DNA of 61,635 nt, the filler included, from Sanchytrium tribonematis (Eukaryota): NCBI GenBank assembly GCA_018985235.1. It is 15 parts of 15 records of this genome, joined end to end, with 100 filler letters (N's around TTAATTAATTAA, not from the genome) between each part and the next. Parts side by side here need not be neighbours in the genome. Positions count along the whole stretch, not along the records: positions 55,934 to 58,735 come from JADGIG010000977.1; positions 58,836 to 61,635 come from JADGIG010000978.1; 13 more parts are not named here. One strand, given 5' to 3'. The notes below the pieces were generated by a model that saw only the letters and a program-made list of their open reading frames with translations, searched no databases and was not told the origin of the DNA. Both the position numbers and the translations under genes were made by a program. Each line of letters begins with the position of its first letter. Position 1 is the first letter of the stretch. Positions 55,934-61,635 of this stretch are shown piece by piece.

Positions 55934-57434
55934 AATAAAAAATACCATATTTTTCATGGTAAATAACCTCTCCAATATGAAATTTGCAGTTCATTTCAGA
56001 GAGGTTTTTGATTTTAGGGATTTGGTCTTTCCTCAGTACTCGATCCATTGTTAAGTTCATAGTTTCAATATCAGTGTTTAATTGTTTTTCAAAGCTAAGA
56101 CATGGTGAACCGTTTATACTTTTTCTTAGATTAGTGCGATTGTTCTCTGCATCAACTAATAACTTTAAAAATTGTTGCAAATTTTGGTCATCACGATTAG
56201 ATTGATAATTTCTTTCTACCTTTACCTTGTAAAAGTCCAAAAACTCTTCAGATTTATGACCAGAGAGTTGAAAGAGTGTCAGAAAATCCTCACAAAAAGC
56301 ATTTTCTATCATCTCATACAAAAATGCAGAAGAAACAATGCGATCTGTTCCTAAAATAAAACAGCACCAGCTCAAGGTATAAATCGAAGAGTACCATTTC
56401 ATTGATCTTTGAGGTTGTTGCGATATGCATAGCATTAAATTATTTAAACATCTTTCAACAACATAAGCGAAGTCAACTGGTGAAATGTGAGATTCTTGCT
56501 CTGTTGGGTCTGATATACCAATAGAAATCAATTGAGAACGTAAAACTCCTTCAGACAGCAAAGCTTGGGTAGCGGAGTATCGAAGTGGATTAACATAATA
56601 CCGCATCCCATCTATACTAAACATCAGCATAAATTCTGCTGGGAAACCTATCAAACTAAAGTTCAAATCTAATTCTTTCCCAATTAAATAAAGTATTATG
56701 CACAATAAAATTGGCATTCCTTTTTTAGTTTCCAGGCAGAGGTGTAAACAAGCATGACTAGTGCTGTTAAAATTCTGCATATCAACACAAAAGCCATATT
56801 CTGTGAAAAACCAATAGACTAATTTTGTGTATCTTTGAATTCCAAGCAAAGAAGGATCACTTAATTTTGATTTTGCAATGCCGACCAAATCCATCAGCAT
56901 GACTTTGTACTTTTCTAATTTCCATGGGTATAAATCAAATTCAGTCAAAAATCCTATATAGATTGCATCTCTAAACAAATCTGAGGAAGTGAATTTTGTC
57001 TTTAGAAAATAATCAATGTAAAATAAACGAACAGCAGCCCTCTTGGTCTTGGTTATATAGTATTTAATAGTTAAACTTTCAAATATTGGGAAACTCTCGA
57101 ATTTGGCATCGCAGTATTCTACAAGATGAATGCCATAAAATTCCTGTAAATCCTTAAAATATGGTAAAACGTGAAAATTGTTTCCCATTCTTTCCCACAT
57201 GTGGGTTATGTCATGATTGTGCTTACTCCGAATTAAAAATCTTTGATAGTAATCGCTTGAATGTAAATAATCTGTTTTGTAAGTATATTGATGCATCCAA
57301 AAATTAGAATCGCATCCACATTTATAAAGATATTTACAAGATCTTCTCGTATGGAGAAAGTCTTTGTATTCCAGGAAATTAAAAATTTGCAGTATAGTTT
57401 CTACAGGCAGAGCCTCAAAGCAATTTTTACCCAT
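55934..57434 (-). CDS. F-box protein with transglutaminase-like and YccV/HspQ domains (FBXO21-like), 3' truncated
   Basis: LPVETILQIFNFL F-box; KKGMPILLCII..IGFPAEF; KFHIGEVIYHEKYG. Confidence 0.85.
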
Positions 57435-57678
57435 TTCTCCGAGTAAAAGAGAAAAATTAGAATTACTTTTTAATTTTTAATTTAGAGGTAGCTAACAAAC
57501 TCGGATCATCACACAACTTTCAAGTTTCCAGCAATCATTAAAAATTTAGATCAATATTGCTAATACCATATGAAAATGGCATCATATGGCTATTGATGAT
57601 ATATATTGGCCAATTACAAGACGATTTGTTTCCCTTTAATCATATAAGAGGCTGATCATAGAAGTACGACTGAAGATA

Positions 57679-58269
57679 ATGCTGCCAGATTTACTTTCAA
57701 GTTCGAACACTTATAACAAGGATTTGTCCCACTTGGCGACAGGTCAAGATCCACACACAATTTTTATTGGTTGCATTGATTCTAGAGTTATACCTCACAA
57801 TTTGCTGGGCACTGAAGAAGGCGAAATGCTAGTTGTGCGCAATATCGCAAACCAACTAGATTTGCCTGCCATCCAGTTCGCAATGAAAAAGAGCTGCACA
57901 ACGATTGTAGTTTGTGGTCATTCAGGTTGTGGTGGTATTCAAGCAGCAATTGGAGAAGATGGGTTGACAGAAATTGATGACCATGTGCGTCCAATCCGAA
58001 GATTACAAAAACAATACAAGAAGCTTGTTCAAAATCAGTCCATGTTGTTAGAGTGGTTAAATGTTTTATCCTCTGTAAAAGAAGTCTCTAGAATCCCTTG
58101 CGTACGAAAGAAACTTGAGCATCGAAAATTGCATGTTTATGGCATGTATTTTGATATTGGCGAAAGCCGAATTCTACCATTGGCAGTAATCAGTAGTTGG
58201 GATCAGGCGAAATCGTTTTGTGTAGAGCATGAAATTAGAATGCTTCTGGATAATTTGGGAGATTATTGA
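57679..58269 (+). CDS. Beta-carbonic anhydrase (Nce103-like)
   Basis: GQDP..FIGCIDSR, RNIAN, CGHSGCGG. Confidence 0.93.
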   Translation: MLPDLLSSSNTYNKDLSHLATGQDPHTIFIGCIDSRVIPHNLLGTEEGEMLVVRNIANQLDLPAIQFAMKKSCTTIVVCGHSGCGGIQAAIGEDGLTEIDDHVRPIRRLQKQYKKLVQNQSMLLEWLNVLSSVKEVSRIPCVRKKLEHRKLHVYGMYFDIGESRILPLAVISSWDQAKSFCVEHEIRMLLDNLGDY

Positions 58270-58324
58270 TTAAAAGGATTAGTAAATTTGATTTTGCAAT
58301 AATTTAAAACAAAGGTGAAAAAAA

Positions 58325-58735
58325 ATGGATCATATTTTTGGAAATACCTTTTTGGATCCTAATCCGATAGAATTATCCAAGACACCCAACTTTCAATCTT
58401 TGGTTGGACCATTTTTGGTATTTCAAGGGCTCACAGATAAAGTCTATTCTGTTAGTATTTTGGTCATTTGCAAGCAAAGAGTGAAAATAATGGTCGGAAA
58501 TTCTGAAAGATCCTTTACCATACTCTATACATTTCACGACTACAATTTTAATCGCTGCATTTTACACTTTCCTTTGGAAGCGCAACATCAAAGAATAAAG
58601 TATTGGATAAATTTAGATGAAAATATCAGAGAATATTCATTTGTATTACCGGCAGAGGACGAGAATTTCAAACTCGCATACTACTCATGTGCTGGACTTT
58701 CTCAAGGAGTAGATTCTTTGAAATACGGTGGTTAT
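58325..58735 (+). CDS. PhoD-like phosphatase N-terminus (3' truncated)
   Basis: VGPFL, FVLPA...FKLAYYSCAGLSQGVD, similar to the fungal PhoD_2 SCNGFS region. Confidence 0.6.
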
Positions 58736-59663
58736 NNNNNNNNNNNNNNNNNNNNNNNNNNNNNNNNNNNNNNNNNNNNTTAATTAATTAANNNNNNNNN
58801 NNNNNNNNNNNNNNNNNNNNNNNNNNNNNNNNNNNCAACAGGTCTTTGATTACATTGGCTGATATTAATGTTGAATACTTTATTGTGAATATGGGTGTGG
58901 CGAGGACTATTGATTGTAATAGAGAGGGAATTCTGCATTGTACAGGAGTGTTTTAAAAAATAATTTATTCAAGGTTCCTGGTTCCGTGGATTTGTGGGAT
59001 GGGTTCTAGTTCCCAGGAACTGGAACCAGTTCCGCTAAAGTCGGTTCCGCTAAACCATTCTCACGTGTAATGAAGTGGCCAATTAAATTTCATTGATTTG
59101 CAACTATTTTTTTTTGGATATAATTGACACAAAAATAATATTTTCATCCCTGTTTCAAGTGTCATATATGTCCATACAGGTTCCAATGAGAGATGCTCTA
59201 AATCAATAAAGTTATATTATTATATCATGTGCAACTCCAGTCTCTTCTTTTATTACCATACCTAATAGCAGACGTATTGGTCAATTTAGATGAATATGAA
59301 AGTGATTAAATGTGGGATATATTCATTGTTATTTGAAAGGATTGAAGAAAATTTACAAGAATAATGGATAATTATGGAATAATCATGGATGATCAATGGC
59401 AAAACATGCATACATGGTATGAATATGCTTTAGATGAAGACGAAAATGGCTAATAAATTACTAATTAATAGAAAGAAAACTTTAGATAAAGTAGGGCATA
59501 TTTGAGGCATTGATTATAATTGTCACATTCCATTAATTAAGAATGCTGAATATCTAATAACATTGCCTATACATTAAAAACCCAATCGACTTACCCCACA
59601 AACTAATTCCCTCGTGTTTTAAAAATAGTTTGCCATTTTTTGAAACAAAATCCCCTTGTGACG

Positions 59664-61635
59664 ATGTTGAATCCAAATCAAGTCAATCAAGTCCAATCTC
59701 ACGATTCTGGCTATCAACAAACAGTATTTAAAGAGAAAAGTAAACAAATGCAACAAGTAGGTCAATTGATCAAAGAAAAAGGCTATTTACCATCAGAATT
59801 AGTAGATAGCGAAGTCAGCTGGTTTTATGGCCATTTGGGTATCGATGACCAATATTTCCAACATTCCACAGTCCAATCCATCACCAATCACATTGTAGCC
59901 CTCTACGGTGCTAAAATCACCAGTTATGCTCAAAATGAGTCAAATCCCCTTGAAATCCATTTAGAGAGATTAGAACAGGATTATGCAGCCATCATCCATA
60001 CCAGCAAACCAGGTATCTCAATGACCAATGGTCCAGATGTAGAAACCACCATTGATAAGAAATACCTCGATTCTAAAGAATTATACAGATTAGAATCTTA
60101 TCGATCCCATGGCACCGTCAGCAGTGATAACACCACCCAATTGCGATGCTATTTCATTAAAAAGTGTGAATTCATCAAGCCATCCCCAAATGATGTTGAG
60201 AAATTGGATATTCGCATGGTTGGCGATAAAATCTTTTTAGAGCGTGCGACTGAAAACACTTTAGAATTGTACCAATCTTGCATGCGTGAAGCATTAACCC
60301 GCACTGGACCCGTCATAGAATGCTACGACATCCACAACAGCAGAGAAAAACGAGTGATTATCGCGTATAAACAAGAAACCACCAATAATTTCTTTTCTGC
60401 CATGAGTGATTTATATCACTATTATGATTTATATTCTACTCGTAAATACGTAGAACAGTTTAGTAATGGCATCACCATCATGTCTTTTTACTTGAATCCC
60501 CTCCCAAATTCAAAATCAGCCCCAATTGAGCAATCCATTTACCAAATCATGAAAGAAGCCAGTTTGATTTACTGTTTACCCACTACCCCACTCCACAAGT
60601 TCTTCAAGACCAATTTATTGAGTGTGCAAGAAACCATGTATGGCTACTGCGCATGGATCTTTTGTCAACATTTCTTGAATCGACTTGGTTCAGAATACAA
60701 ATCATTGGCAGCTGTGCTAGATGTAGACAATCCACAGCATCTAGATGTTCTCACAAACATGAAAAAGAGATTACGACAAGATACATTCACCAGGGAATAC
60801 ATTTTAGACATTATCTCACAATATCCTGATTTAATCAAGCATTTATATGTCAATTTCGCATTGACACACTATGTATCTGCTAAAGAAGGCAATGCACAGC
60901 CTACATTGTCGTATCAACGCATTAAAACAGATAAAATCTATTCTGAAGAAGAATTATACGATTTAATCAAGAAAACAACTGTGAATAAGCATGAATTCAT
61001 GGTATTTGAATGTATTTTACAATTCAATCGACATGTCTTGAAAACCAATTTTTATACACCCACCAAAGTCGCCATTTCATTCAGATTAGATCCCCTTTAT
61101 TTACCAGATGTAGAATATCCAAATCGCCCATTTGGTATTTTCATGGTTGTGGGTACTGAATTCAGAGGATTTCATGTCAGATTCAGAGATATTGCACGTG
61201 GAGGTATCAGAATTATCAAATCTAGAAATAGAGAAGCGTATTCCATCAATTTACGCACATTATTTGATGAAAATTACGCATTAGCCAGTACACAACAAAA
61301 AAAGAACAAGGATATCCCTGAAGGTGGTTCTAAAGGCACCATTTTATTAGATATCAACATGCAAGATAAAACCAAACAAGCCTTTATGAAATACACAGAT
61401 TCCATTTTAGATTTGTTGTTGCCTGGTCACACCCCTGGCATTAAAGAGAAATTAGTAGATCGATATAAACGACCTGAAATCTTATTTTTTGGTCCTGATG
61501 AAGGGACTGCAGATGTGATGGATTGGGCTGCTTTACATGCGAAATCAAGAGATGCAGGGTTTTGGAAAGCATTTACAACTGGTAAATCGCAATCATTAGG
61601 TGGCATTCCCCATGATTTATTCGGAATGACCACGC
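59664..61635 (+). CDS. GDH2: NAD-specific glutamate dehydrogenase (fungal large type), runs off the window
   Basis: Missing from the ORF track. Translated by hand: SGYQQTVF..EVSWFYGHLGIDD, FRGFHVRFRDIARGGIR, KNKDIPEGGSKG, FFGPDEGTAD, TTGKS..GGIPHD. Confidence 0.95.
   Translation, partial: MLNPNQVNQVQSHDSGYQQTVFKEKSKQMQQVGQLIKEKGYLPSELVDSEVSWFYGHLGIDDQYFQHSTVQSITNHIVALYGAKITSYAQNESNPLEIHLERLEQDYAAIIHTSKPGISMTNGPDVETTIDKKYLDSKELYRLESYRSHGTVSSDNTTQLRCYFIKKCEFIKPSPNDVEKLDIRMVGDKIFLERATENTLELYQSCMREALTRTGPVIECYDIHNSREKRVIIAYKQETTNNFFSAMSDLYHYYDLYSTRKYVEQFSNGITIMSFYLNPLPNSKSAPIEQSIYQIMKEASLIYCLPTTPLHKFFKTNLLSVQETMYGYCAWIFCQHFLNRLGSEYKSLAAVLDVDNPQHLDVLTNMKKRLRQDTFTREYILDIISQYPDLIKHLYVNFALTHYVSAKEGNAQPTLSYQRIKTDKIYSEEELYDLIKKTTVNKHEFMVFECILQFNRHVLKTNFYTPTKVAISFRLDPLYLPDVEYPNRPFGIFMVVGTEFRGFHVRFRDIARGGIRIIKSRNREAYSINLRTLFDENYALASTQQKKNKDIPEGGSKGTILLDINMQDKTKQAFMKYTDSILDLLLPGHTPGIKEKLVDRYKRPEILFFGPDEGTADVMDWAALHAKSRDAGFWKAFTTGKSQSLGGIPHDLFGMTT

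Overview
This window is AT-rich eukaryotic nuclear DNA, not prokaryotic. It consists of 15 unrelated contigs (fourteen of ~2.8 kb and one of 20.7 kb) joined by artificial N..TTAATTAATTAA..N linkers. Gene content (fungal-type NAD-GDH, Kar3, Vms1, Mot1, GH18 chitinase, plus INTS9-like, BTG/Tob, BK channel and NME5-like NDK) suggests a very compact, probably zoosporic early-diverging fungus or holomycotan. The main finding is that all ten introns I could reconstruct are exactly 19 nt, with invariant GTA(1-3), T12, A14 and AG(18-19); several restore universally conserved motifs, which implies an ultra-short, fixed-length spliceosomal intron system. The second finding is that the first contig is terminally redundant (93-nt overlap, 2758-bp unit). 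It encodes one ~830-aa endonuclease-less Penelope-like reverse transcriptase and a ~260-nt spacer that folds into a closed multibranch RNA containing a degenerate hammerhead-like motif. Other oddities are microsporidia-like CCC/GGG motifs before start codons, a histone H3 with a 2-aa tail insertion, a BK-like channel lacking the TVGYG filter, and several tandem bacterial-like gene families.
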